Below, in pieces: positions 1 through 9,474 of a stretch of 32,000 nucleotides of DNA; position 1 is the first letter of the stretch, and every line of letters begins with the position of its first letter. The notes under the pieces were generated by a model. The model saw only the letters and a list, made by a program, of their open reading frames with translations, was not told the origin of the DNA and made no database searches. Both the position numbers and the translations under genes were made by a program. Where the stretch lies: assembly GCA_963801875.1 (NCBI GenBank), contig CAWDGT010000004.1:459719-491718 (forward strand), in the 5' to 3' direction. This DNA comes from an uncultured Alphaproteobacteria bacterium. Lineage in GTDB: Bacteria > Pseudomonadota > Alphaproteobacteria > Rhizobiales > Xanthobacteraceae.

Positions 1-601
1 GGGTGCCGGCCGCGCCCGCGAACTCACCCATTAGGACGCGCGGCCGTAGCTGCGACAATCTTTCGCGGTGACGTTCGATGGCGGACAGCAGGCCCGCCAT
101 CTTGTAGCCGAAGGTCACCGGTACCGCCTGCTGCAGGTTGCTGCGTCCGACCATCGGCGTGTCGCGGTAACGTCGGGCGAGTTTGGCCAAAGCAGCCGAA
201 AGGGCCGCAAGGTCCTCCTCCACCAATACCAGCGCCTCCTTGATCTGCAGCACGGTCGTCGTGTCGGTGATGTCTTGCGTGGTGGCACCCCAGTGGCAAA
301 ATTCGCCGAGTCGATCGCGGCATAGCGCGTTGATCTGGGACACGACGCCGAGAACGGGATAGCCAATGCGCTCGGTCTGGGCGCGTAGCTTCTGCATGTC
401 GATCTTCTCGATGTCACAGGAGGCAATGATCTCGTCGGCGGCATTCTGCGGGATGATGCCGAGGCGGGCCTGCACGCGGGCAAGCGCAGCCTCGATTTCG
501 AGATATTTCCGGGTCCGGTTCTCGTCGGACCAGACCGCCTTCATGGCGTCGGTGCTGAAGATATTGCCGAAGATCGTGGAGTCGATGATAGTTGCGGGCA
601 T
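1..601 (-). CDS. class-II fumarase/aspartase superfamily lyase (adenylosuccinate lyase / 3-carboxy-cis,cis-muconate cycloisomerase-like); 3' end lies outside the window
   Basis: Not in the ORF track because no stop codon falls inside the window. My reverse-complement translation from the ATG at 601..599 reads MPATIIDSTIFGNIFSTDAMKAVWSDENRTRKYLEIEAALARVQARLGIIP...HWGATTQDITDTTTVLQ...GRSNLQQAVPVTFGYK, with no stop down to position 1. The G-x-T-x-QD-x-x-DT and Q-x-A-x-P-x-TFG motifs are signatures of this lyase family. Confidence 0.8.
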   Translation of the reverse strand, partial: MPATIIDSTIFGNIFSTDAMKAVWSDENRTRKYLEIEAALARVQARLGIIPQNAADEIIASCDIEKIDMQKLRAQTERIGYPVLGVVSQINALCRDRLGEFCHWGATTQDITDTTTVLQIKEALVLVEEDLAALSAALAKLARRYRDTPMVGRSNLQQAVPVTFGYKMAGLLSAIERHRERLSQLRPRVLMGEFAGAAGT

Positions 602-764
602 CACTGAGCCTTTTGATTGCTGGAGAGATCTGCGAGTTCGATAATTGATTGCAACAACAATTCGATCACGCTGCAAGGTGTCGACCCCCACAGTCTGCAC
701 GCCAGCGACTTGTTTTTTGTCTGACAGGGGGTCGATCTCGTATGGCGCATCGATGTCGCCGATT

Positions 765-860
765 GGCACGAACCGGACCAACCCGGTCGGTCTAGCCATG
801 TCCGTTGTTTGGGGTGAACCGGAAGTGGCACTTCGGGGCCGTCAGGTCAGCTTTTGACCC
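765..860 (+). repeat. REP-like composite intergenic repeat (diverged A module 765-780, B module 820-860)
   Basis: The B module cggaagtggcacttcggggccgtcaggtcagcttttgaccc (820..860) is nearly identical to 5786..5826 and 9944..9983, and to the reverse complement of 15916..15955. Confidence 0.8.
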
Positions 861-890
861 GGAGCAGACATTCGTCGAGCCGAACTCTGG

Positions 891-957
891 CTCCCTCGGC
901 CCCTTCCAAAATGAAGGTTCCCGGCTAAGATTGCCTTGTTCACCCTCGGGGGGCGGT
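891..957 (+). promoter_or_regulatory. conserved leader upstream of GAF kinase 1, with hairpin ccttc-N6-gaagg (902..917)
   Basis: About 80% identical by eye to 7310..7377 upstream of the paralogous kinase. The hairpin stem is conserved and the only difference in the hairpin lies in the loop (caaaat vs cagaat). Confidence 0.35.
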
Positions 958-3900
958 ATGGCACGGCCAGCGAGAAAGGGCGGCAAGAGGAGCGCCGCGA
1001 AAGCGCGCAAGGCGAAGGGCCGCAGCCTCGGCAAGACCAAACGTCCCCTTCGACCCCTCCCGACTAAGCCTCCCACAGCCTCCGCGCGCGGCCGCTCCGA
1101 AACGTCGCACAATGGAAGAGCCAGCAGGCTGGCGCGCGAATTGAGGGAAGCCCTGGCGCAGCAGTCCGCCACATCAGACGTGCTCCAGGTGATCAACAAC
1201 TCCCCGGGTGACCTCGGACCGGTATTTGATGCGATTGTCGACAAGGCGCTGCAAATTTGTGATGCGCGATTCGGTGGATTGTGGATTGTCGATGGCGAAC
1301 TGGCCCACACTGTCGCAGCCAGGAACGTGCCGAAACCATACCGCGACTTCCTTGCAGATCAGCCATTTTCACTTGTCGAAGCCTTTGGTCGAGACATACA
1401 AGATAAGCCCTTCAGTCATGTCGCTGACCTTGCCGCGACACAATCCTATCGTCGGCAACTACCTCTGGCGACAGCCAGTGTTGAGCTCGGTGGCATCCGG
1501 ACTTACCTCGCTATCCCGCTGCGCGACCGTGGAACGTTCACCGGGGTTCTCAGTGTTTATCGTAAGGAGGTGCGACCGTTCAGCGCCAGGCAAATTCTTC
1601 TTTTGCAAGGCTTCGCGGTGCAGGCCGAAATCGCGATGAAGAACGCGCGGTTATTCAACGAAGTTCAGGCAAAGACGCGTGACCTGCAGGAATCGCTCCA
1701 ACAGCAGACCGCGACCGCAGACGTGCTCAAGGTGATCAGTCGGTCGACCTTCGATCTCGATACCGTCATGGATACCCTGGCGCGCTCAGCGCTCGACTTG
1801 TGCGGAGCGAGAACTTCGGCGCTGTCCCTCCGCGAGGGCGACATGCTCATGTTTCGAGGGGTCGCAGCTCTCGTGCCTGTGGACAGGGAGTTTATGAAGA
1901 GCGCCGTGCCGCTCAACGATAACTCACATATGGGACGGTCAGTGTTAACAGGAACTGTCGCCAATATTCCCGACTTCATCAATTCAAAAACAAAATTGCG
2001 AAGATTCCAGGAGGTCAGGGGGTTCAGATCGTTTCTTGCCGTTCCACTTATGCGCGAAGGACAAGGAATCGGGGTATTCACGCTGACACGCGACGAAATC
2101 GGCGGGTTTAGTGAGCGCGAGGTCGAGCTGGTCCAGAGCTTTGCCGACCAGGCGGTGATCGCGATTGAGAACACTCGGTTATTCAACGAGACCCGAGAAG
2201 CGCTCGCCCGACAAACCGCAACATCGGACGTTCTGAAAGTAATCGCGTCCTCACCATCGAACCTTCAACCGGTGTTCGGCGCCATCGCCGAGCGCTCAAA
2301 GGCGCTGATAGGCGGCCACTCGACCACGGTGGTTCGCTATGTCGGCGGTATCGTCGAGCTGGCATCGTTTACACCAGTAAGTCCAGAAGCGGACGCAACG
2401 CTGCTAGCCTTGTTTCCGATGCGACCCGACACCGAACCGCAATTCGCACCAATTCTCCGCGGCGAGATTGCATTGATCGTCGATGCACAATCCGAGCTTC
2501 AGAATACTGCCATGAGAGATTCGGCTCGTGCGCGCGGCTGGCGGAGCCGGCTATTGGTACCGCTCAAAGATGACACCGGCGTCATCGGCTGGATCAGCAT
2601 CACGCGCAAAGAACCCGGTGGTTTTGCCGAAAAAGACGTGGAGCTGTTGCAGACCTTCGCTGATCAGGCGGTGATTGCGATCAAGAACGTGGAGCTGTTC
2701 GAGGAGGTGCAGGCGAAAACGAGGGATCTCGAGGAATCGCTGGAACAGCAGACGGCGACCTCGGAGGTATTGGAGGTCATCAGTTCTTCGCCGGGCGAAC
2801 TGGAACCGGTGTTCAGAAAGATGCTCGAGAATGCGACCCGTGTCTGCGGTGCGAATTTCGGTACGATGAATCTGTGGGATGGCAATCAATTCAACCTTGT
2901 TGCGGATCATAATGTGCCGCTGGAGTTCGCGACCATGCGGCAGGTCACGCCGATCAATCCCCATCCAGACACGCCAATGGCGGCGGTTCTTCAGAGACTC
3001 ACAAACTCGTCCATGTCGCCGATTTAAGGACCAACCCCGCCTATGTGGCGGGCATCCCGAACGTGATGGCGATGGCAGACGTCGCAGGTGCACGCACTAT
3101 CGTCGTCGTCCCGATGATGAAGGAGGACGAGTTCCTCGGCGTAATTTCAATATTCCGTCAGGAAGTGCGCCCGTTCACCGACAAGCAGGTTGCGCTGGTC
3201 GACAATTTCACCAACCAGGCCGTGATCGCCATCGAAAATACGCGGCTGCTGAAGGAGTTGCGCAACCGAACGAACGAGTTGTCGCAATCGCTAGACGATC
3301 TTCGCGCCGCGCAGGATCGCCTAGTACAAACCGAAAAGCTGGCTTCGCTCGGCCAGCTCACCGCAGGCATCGCGCACGAGATCAAGAACCCGCTGAACTT
3401 TGTGAACAACTTTTCCGCTCTTTCGGTCGAGCTGACCGACGAACTCAATGACCTCCTGAAACAAGCTGCGCTTGCGGAAGAACTCCGCAAGGAGGCCGAC
3501 GAATTGACCGGACTGCTGAAGTCCAATCTCGAAAAGGTGGTCCAACACGGCAAGCGTGCCAACTCCATCGTCAAGAACATGCTTTTGCATTCCCGTGAAG
3601 GCTCGGGCGAGCTGCGCGCCGCTGACATTAACGGACTGGTCGACGAAAGCCTCAACCTGGCCTATCACGGCGCGCGCGCCGAGAAGTCTGGCTTCAACAT
3701 CACGCTGCAACGCGAATTTGACGCGAGCGCGGGCTCGGCTGAGCTGTTTCCACAGGAGATCACGCGCGCACTGCTCAACTTGATCTCGAACGGCTTCTAT
3801 GCCGCGACCAAACGCAAGACCGAGAACGGCGAGGCAAGCTTTGAGCCGACCCTGTCAGCCATGACGAGAAATCTTGGCGCTTCAGTTGAGATACGCATCC

Positions 3901-4136
3901 GCGACAACGGCATGGGCATTCCGCCCGAGGTGAAGGAGAAGATGTTCAATCCGTTCTTCACAACCAAGCCCGCGGGCGAAGGAACGGGACTTGGTCTGTC
4001 GATGACCCACGACATCATCGTCAAGCAGCATGGCGGCACTATTCGCGTTGACACTGAGCCCGGCGCATTCACGGAATTTATCGTCACCCTACCGCGAGCA
4101 ACGGGAGCGCAAAACATTCAACGGGGCACAAGATGA
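958..4136 (+). pseudogene. multi-GAF (4x) sensor histidine kinase, split by a frameshift near 2986-2991 (track ORFs 805..3027 and 3045..4136)
   Basis: Four repeats of the QQ(T/S)AT(S/A)(D/E)VL-VI..SP..L.PVF GAF-linker unit are followed by the H-box LASLGQLTAGIAHEIKNPLNFV and an HATPase_c region (DNGMGIP...NPFFTTK..GTGLGLS). The paralogue 7378..9474 reads straight through the break: its IETHRIIQIDDVRTSPGYLAG matches SETHKLVHVADLRTNPAYVAG, which here is in the other frame (2991 onward). The ATG at 958 (MARPARKGGK) is chosen by alignment to MARPSKTGGK of the paralogue. Sequence 805-957 overlaps the repeat and leader. Confidence 0.85.
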
Positions 4137-4522
4137 GCACGTACATCGTCGTTGTTGATGACGAACCAGATGTCGAAAGCATGTTTCGCCAGCAGTTTCG
4201 GCGGGACTTGAAATCGGGGCGTTTCGTTATGGAGTTTGCTTTGTCTGCGCCGGCCGCTCTGGAGCAGGTGAAAGCGATCCCTGACCCTTCGCTGATCTTG
4301 ATCCTGTCCGACATCAACATGCCGGGCATGACCGGTCTTGAGATGCTTCCGGTGGTGAAGGCGGAACGTCCAAATGTTCCCGTGATCATGGTCACCGCCT
4401 ACGGGGACGAAGCGACACAAAGGAGGGCGGCCGAACTTGGTGCAGCCGGTTTGCTTCCCAAGCCGATCGATTTCAGCTTGTTGCGCCGGGAGATCGATCA
4501 GCGGCTGGAGCGGGTTGCCTAG
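4133..4522 (+). CDS. single-domain response regulator (CheY-like receiver)
   Basis: Receiver motifs VVVDDEPD ... LILSDINMPGMTGLE ... VIMVTAYGD ... KP are present. The ATGA start/stop overlap with the upstream kinase suggests translational coupling. It is a paralogue of 9471..9860. Confidence 0.9.
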   Translation: MSTYIVVVDDEPDVESMFRQQFRRDLKSGRFVMEFALSAPAALEQVKAIPDPSLILILSDINMPGMTGLEMLPVVKAERPNVPVIMVTAYGDEATQRRAAELGAAGLLPKPIDFSLLRREIDQRLERVA

Positions 4523-4531
4523 TCCGGTTGT

Positions 4532-4627
4532 GGCACTTTTGAGACATGCCGACGGTCCCCGAGCTTGTCTGTTCATTGGGGAAGACCGGAAGTGCCGCGG
4601 ACAGCATAGTCCGGTCGAGATTGACCC
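4532..4627 (+). repeat. REP-like composite repeat, diverged copy (A module 4532-4550, B-like 4587-4627)
   Basis: ggcacttttgagacatgcc matches the A module ggcacttttcggacatgg. cggaagtgccgcgg...gagattgaccc resembles the B module. Confidence 0.6.
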
Positions 4628-4735
4628 TAAGCAGACCTTGCTCGCCGCCGCCTCCACAAATGCAGCTTTGCCGCTCACACAGTCTTATGACAAAGTGTTA
4701 GATTGTTTGAGCTCGGCGTGATCCTTGGAGGGCAC

Positions 4736-5719
4736 ATGCGACGGCGGGAGTTCATAGCGGGTACGGCGATCACCGCAGCTTTGCCGCTTGTGGCTAACGC
4801 GCAGCAGGCTGAACGTATGCGACGAATTGGCGTGCTAATGCCGTTTGCCAAAGACAATTCGGAAAGTCAGGCACGCATCGCGGCATTCCTTCAGGCATTT
4901 CAGCAATTGGGTTGGAACGACCGCAATTTACAAGTTGAGTATCGCTGGACTGGTGGTGACCCTGATTCCAGTCGGAAAGCTGCCATGGAATTGGCCGCAA
5001 TGTCTCTTGACGTTGTCTTTGCAACCGCCACTCCGTCGGTGGCCGCGTTGCAGCAGGCGACCCGCACTATGCCGATCATATTTGTAATGGTAGCGGATCC
5101 GGTCGCCGCCGGCTTTGTCGACAGTCTAGCCAAGCCAGGTGGCAACATTACTGGGTTCCCAAATTTCGAATATGGCATCGGTACGAAATGGCTGGAACTG
5201 CTGAAGGAAATTTCACCCAGAGTTACACGCGTTGGGGTCATTCGAGACCCCACCGTAACTTCTAATGTTGGTCAGTTCGCTGCCATCCAGTCTGTGGCAC
5301 CCTCGTTTGGAGTGGAGTTGACCCCGCTCGGTGGGCGAGATGCAAAAGAGATAGAGCGAACAATCACCGCATTTGCACACGGTTCGAATTGTGGTTTGGT
5401 CTGCGCGGCAGCTCCGTTGACAGTTAATAATCGCAACCTGATTATCTCACTGGCAGCACAGCATCGAATGCCGGCAATCTACCCGTTCCGCTTCTTCGTC
5501 GCTGACGGTGGTCTAATCTCTTACGGTGCTGACCCAATCAACTTTTACCGGCAAGCGGCCGGCTACGTCGATCGTATACTCAAGGGCGAGAAGCCGGCCG
5601 ATCTTCCAGTGCAGGCGGCGACCAAGTACGAATTGGTGATCAATCTCAAAACAGCCAAGGCACTTGATCTGACAATTCCGTCGTCGGTACTGTCCCGCGC
5701 CGACGAGGTGATTGAATGA
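4736..5719 (+). CDS. orphan ABC-transporter substrate-binding protein (PF04392 / ABC_sub_bind-like)
   Basis: MRRREFIAGTAITAALPLVANAQQ is signal-like, and RIGVLMP..., PIIFVMVADPVAAGFVDSLAKPGGNITG and KPADLPVQAATKYELVINLKTAKALDLTIP...ADEVIE are typical of this family. The ATG at 4736 follows GGAGG (4727-4731). No permease or ATPase gene is adjacent. Confidence 0.85.
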   Translation: MRRREFIAGTAITAALPLVANAQQAERMRRIGVLMPFAKDNSESQARIAAFLQAFQQLGWNDRNLQVEYRWTGGDPDSSRKAAMELAAMSLDVVFATATPSVAALQQATRTMPIIFVMVADPVAAGFVDSLAKPGGNITGFPNFEYGIGTKWLELLKEISPRVTRVGVIRDPTVTSNVGQFAAIQSVAPSFGVELTPLGGRDAKEIERTITAFAHGSNCGLVCAAAPLTVNNRNLIISLAAQHRMPAIYPFRFFVADGGLISYGADPINFYRQAAGYVDRILKGEKPADLPVQAATKYELVINLKTAKALDLTIPSSVLSRADEVIE

Positions 5720-5730
5720 TGTCGCCTATC

Positions 5731-5826
5731 GGCACTTTTCGGACATGGCGCGATGTCCGACTTGAGTCCGCTTTCGGGGGAATAGCGGAAGTCGCATTTC
5801 GGGGTCGTCAGGTCAGCTTTTGACCC
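5731..5826 (+). repeat. REP-like composite repeat, full-length copy (A + B modules)
   Basis: ggcacttttcggacatggcgcgatgtccgacttgagtccgctttcgggggaatagcggaagtcgcatttcggggtcgtcaggtcagcttttgaccc. The reverse complement of 15916..16010 is nearly identical over the whole length. Confidence 0.9.
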
Positions 5827-7252
5827 AAAGATGGGGTAATCGGCCGGCCCAGCTTGTGGATAGGTGAAGATTTTGGGTGCTGCGCTTCAGGCTGATGGTG
5901 AAACGAGGTCCGTTGTTAGGACGGCCTCAAGCATCAGAAGGAGAAGCGCAGCATGGACCATTTTGCGGGATTGGACGTATCGGTCAAGGAGACCAGCATC
6001 TGCATTGTGGATGACACGGGACGGATCTTCAGGGAAGTGAAGGTAGCGAGCGAGTCTGAAGCCCTTTTGAAGGTTCTTGGGAACCCAGCCTACCGCTTCA
6101 AGCGGATTGGATTGGAAGCCGGACCGCTGTCGCAATGGCTGTTCAGCGCTCTCGCTGAAGCAGGCTTACCAGTGGTCTGTGTTGAGACGCGGCACATGCG
6201 AGCGGTGTTGAAGGCGCAGATCAACAAGACGGACCGCAACGATGCGCGCGGCATCGCCCAGATGATGCGGGTGGGTCTTTACCGTCCGGTGCATGTGAAG
6301 ACGTTACGCAGTCAGAAATTGCGGATGCTGCTGACCCACCGCAAGCTATTGCAGTCGAAGGCCATCGCAATCGAAAATGATCTACGAGGCACCTTGCGTA
6401 ACTTCGGCCTCAAGGTCGGGATGGTTGGCAATGTGAGGTTCGAGGCTCGCATCCAGGAGTTGGTCGAGAACCAGCCCGATCTAGCCGATCTGGTCGAACC
6501 GCTACTCATCGTTCGGCGGACGCTCCGCGAACAGATCGTTATCCTACATCGCCGTTTGTTGGCCATCGTGCGAGACGATGAGGTTTGCCGGCGTTTGATG
6601 ACGATCCCGGGTGTCGGCCCCGTGGTGTCGCTGACCTATCGCGCCACCGTCGATGTACCTGCTCGGTTCCGCAAATCCAAGTCAGTCGGGGCGGTGTTTG
6701 GGCTGACGAGCGCCAGGTATCAATCGGGCGAGGTGGATTGGAGCGGCGAAATATCGCGATGTGGCGATGAGATGATGCGGACCATGCTCTACGAAGCAGC
6801 GCAGAGCATGATGCATTCAAAAAAATGGTCATGGCTTAAGGCGTGGGCCATGCAGATCGCCAGGCGCCGCGGGATGAAGAAGGCGATAGTGGCCCTGGCT
6901 CGCCGGCTGGCCGTGATCATGCACCGCATCTGGGTCGACGGCACCGAGTTCCGGTGGACCCGGGAGCAGGCCGCGGCAGCAGCATGAAACCCGTTCAGGA
7001 TCAAACCCAATAGGAGAAAGCCAGAGTTCCACCCAGCAGTGGAAAGATGTCCCTCGCGGGACGATGGATGAGGTGAGTCCGTATGTCCGCTTGTTCCTGC
7101 CGTTCGATTGACGGCAAGGCCAACTCAAAGATTGTTCCGCCCCGTCCTCGGATCCCATGATGGAAGGGCCCTGGTGCCGATTCCGTAGAGAAGCGCGAGC
7201 CCGTGAGTGACATCGACACCGCATCGGTGGATAGTCTGAAAGTGCTTGACCC
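5827..7252 (+). mobile_element. IS110-family insertion sequence #1 (~1.4 kb; exact ends uncertain by about 15 nt)
   Basis: It carries a DEDD-type transposase gene with a 126-nt 5' and a ~265-nt 3' non-coding region. ttgaccc occurs at both junctions (5820-5826 and 7246-7252). The paralogous locus upstream of kinase 1 (repeat directly followed by leader) serves as an empty-site-like reference. Confidence 0.75.
5953..6987 (+). CDS. IS110-family transposase (DEDD_Tnp_IS110 + Transposase_20)
   Basis: MDHFAGLDVSVKETSICIVDD, IGLEAGP, NKTDRNDARGIAQ, then MTIPGVGPVVSLTY...ARYQSGE...GDEMMRTMLYEAA. These are the classic DEDD and C-terminal motifs of the family. Confidence 0.95.
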   Translation: MDHFAGLDVSVKETSICIVDDTGRIFREVKVASESEALLKVLGNPAYRFKRIGLEAGPLSQWLFSALAEAGLPVVCVETRHMRAVLKAQINKTDRNDARGIAQMMRVGLYRPVHVKTLRSQKLRMLLTHRKLLQSKAIAIENDLRGTLRNFGLKVGMVGNVRFEARIQELVENQPDLADLVEPLLIVRRTLREQIVILHRRLLAIVRDDEVCRRLMTIPGVGPVVSLTYRATVDVPARFRKSKSVGAVFGLTSARYQSGEVDWSGEISRCGDEMMRTMLYEAAQSMMHSKKWSWLKAWAMQIARRRGMKKAIVALARRLAVIMHRIWVDGTEFRWTREQAAAAA

Positions 7253-7309
7253 CAACCGGCCGATTAGAGAAGCGGACATCACCGGGGCAGTCGACATGCA
7301 CGATTCTTG

Positions 7310-7377
7310 CTCGTTCGCCCCCTTCCAGAATGAAGGTTTGGCCCGATAAGATGGCTTGTTGACCCTTGGGGGCGGAA
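7310..7377 (+). promoter_or_regulatory. conserved leader upstream of GAF kinase 2, with hairpin ccttc-N6-gaagg (7321..7336)
   Basis: Paralogous to 891..957. Confidence 0.35.
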
Positions 7378-9474
7378 ATGGCGCGGCCATCAAAAACGGG
7401 CGGCAAGACGAGCGGGGCGAAGGCCCGCAACGCAAAGCCAGCAAAGGGCCGCAAGACCACCAAGACCAAGCGCCGCATTGCACCAACGCCCATCCGAGTT
7501 AAGCGTCATTCGGTCTCCGGTCCGAGCAAAGACCTGAAGGACGCCCGCGCGCAGCAGACGGCGACGGCTGACATCCTGAAGGTCATCGCCAGCTCGCCGT
7601 CCGACGTGCAGCCGGTGTTCGAGGCCATTGCGGCCAGCGCAAACCGCCTTCTTGGCGGCTTCTCGACTTCGGTGTCCCGCTTCATCGATGGCATGGTGCA
7701 TCTTGCCGCCTTCACGCCGGTCAGCCCGACGGCTGATGCTGCTTTGAGGTCTACCTTCCCTGCACCGACGGCCGTCCTTCCAGCCTTCGTGCTCGCAGCG
7801 CGGGGAGAGCCAGCGCAGATCGCAGATACCGAAGCGCTCGCAGATGAGAGATTACTGGAGATTTCGCGTGCGCGCGGCTATCGCAGCGTGCTGTTTGTGC
7901 CTCTGATGAATGGGGGGCTGCCGATCGGTATGATCTCCGTCGCGCGCGTTGCGCCAGGTACATTTGCTCCCCACCACGTTCAACTACTCCGGACCTTTGC
8001 CGATCAGGCCGTGATCGCCATCGAAAACACGCGCCTGTTCAACGAGGTGCAGGAGCGCACCCGCGATCTGACCGAATCACTGGAACAGCAGACGGCTACC
8101 TCGGAGGTGCTCGAAGTCATCAGCGCTTCGACGGGTGAGCTGACGCCCGTCTTCCAGAAGATGCTGGAGAACGCGACCCGCGTTTGCGGCGCACAGTTCG
8201 GCGTGATGAACCTGTGGGACGGAAGCAAGTTCGACATGGTTGCGGATTACAACGTCCCGCCCGCCTTTCTGGCGCTCCGAAAAAGCATGCTGGTCACTCC
8301 GGACGCCACGCCTTCGTTCGAAAAGATCATCGAAACCCATCGCATCATTCAGATCGACGACGTGCGAACCAGCCCTGGATATCTCGCCGGCGCTCCACTC
8401 GCCGTCGGGATCGCTGACCTGGCGGCGGCCCGAACAATGATCGTCGTGCCGATGCTGAAGGAAGACGAACTTCTCGGCTTCATCATGATCTACCGTCAGG
8501 AAGTGAAGCCGTTCACCGAGAAGCAGGTCGCGTTGCTCGAGAACTTCACCAAGCAGGCCGTGATCGCTATTGAAAATGTTCGGCTGCTCAACGAGCTGCG
8601 CCAGCGCACGGACGACCTGACCGAATCACTCCACGATCTGCGCACCGCGCAGGATCGCCTGATCCAAACCGAGAAGCTCGCGTCGCTCGGCCAACTCACC
8701 GCGGGCATCGCGCACGAGATCAAGAACCCGCTCAACTTTGTCAATAACTTCTCGGCGCTGTCGGCGGAATTGACCGACGAGCTGAATGACGTGCTCAAAG
8801 CGGTCGTGCTCGACGACAACGTCCGGGGAGAAGTCGACGAATTGACGGGGATGCTGAAGGACAACCTAGAAAAGGTGGTCCTGCACGGCAAGCGCGCCGA
8901 CTCCATCGTCAAGAACATGCTGCTGCATTCGCGTGAAGGCTCCAGAGAACACCGGCCTGCGGATATCAATTCGCTTCTCGATGAGAGCCTCAATCTCGCC
9001 TATCACGGTGCGCGCGCAGAAAAAGGCGAGTTCAATATTACCCTGCAGCGCGACTTCGATGCGGACGCTGGTATAATCGAACTATTTCCGCAGGAGATCA
9101 CCCGGGCATTTCTCAATCTGATCGCGAACGGCGTCTATGCTGCGACTAGACGTAAGACCGAGGTTAAAGAGCATGATTTTGAGCCAACCCTCCGAGCCAC
9201 CACGAAGAACCTCGGAAGTACCGTGGAAATTCGCATCCGCGACAACGGTACCGGCATCCCGGTGGAAGTGCGAGAAAAGATGTTCAACCCGTTCTTCACG
9301 ACGAAGCCAGCCGGGGAAGGAACCGGCCTTGGGCTCTCGATGACGCACGACATCATCGTAAAGCAACACGGCGGCAGAATTGATGTCGCGACCGAACCTG
9401 GGCAGTTCACAGAATTTACTATCGTCCTGCCGAGGAAGAGCAATTTGTCAGGCGTGGATCGAGGTAAGACGTGA
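7378..9474 (+). CDS. GAF (2x) sensor histidine kinase with a Lys/Arg-rich N-terminal tail
   Basis: MARPSKTGGKTSGAKARNAKPAKGRKTTKTKRR tail, two QQTAT..L.VI GAF units, H-box AGIAHEIKNPLNFV, and HATPase_c (DNGTGIP, NPFFTTKPAGEGTGLGLS). The ATG at 7378 is preferred over the track start at 7366 by alignment with kinase 1. Confidence 0.9.
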   Translation: MARPSKTGGKTSGAKARNAKPAKGRKTTKTKRRIAPTPIRVKRHSVSGPSKDLKDARAQQTATADILKVIASSPSDVQPVFEAIAASANRLLGGFSTSVSRFIDGMVHLAAFTPVSPTADAALRSTFPAPTAVLPAFVLAARGEPAQIADTEALADERLLEISRARGYRSVLFVPLMNGGLPIGMISVARVAPGTFAPHHVQLLRTFADQAVIAIENTRLFNEVQERTRDLTESLEQQTATSEVLEVISASTGELTPVFQKMLENATRVCGAQFGVMNLWDGSKFDMVADYNVPPAFLALRKSMLVTPDATPSFEKIIETHRIIQIDDVRTSPGYLAGAPLAVGIADLAAARTMIVVPMLKEDELLGFIMIYRQEVKPFTEKQVALLENFTKQAVIAIENVRLLNELRQRTDDLTESLHDLRTAQDRLIQTEKLASLGQLTAGIAHEIKNPLNFVNNFSALSAELTDELNDVLKAVVLDDNVRGEVDELTGMLKDNLEKVVLHGKRADSIVKNMLLHSREGSREHRPADINSLLDESLNLAYHGARAEKGEFNITLQRDFDADAGIIELFPQEITRAFLNLIANGVYAATRRKTEVKEHDFEPTLRATTKNLGSTVEIRIRDNGTGIPVEVREKMFNPFFTTKPAGEGTGLGLSMTHDIIVKQHGGRIDVATEPGQFTEFTIVLPRKSNLSGVDRGKT

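Noticed and set aside
792-1310. 172-aa minus ORF and its counterpart 7001..7486(-) share the peptide PSFWKG
   Set aside because: The shared peptide is only the reverse-strand reading of the conserved kinase leader and repeat. Both ORFs overlap the kinase N-termini and repeat DNA.
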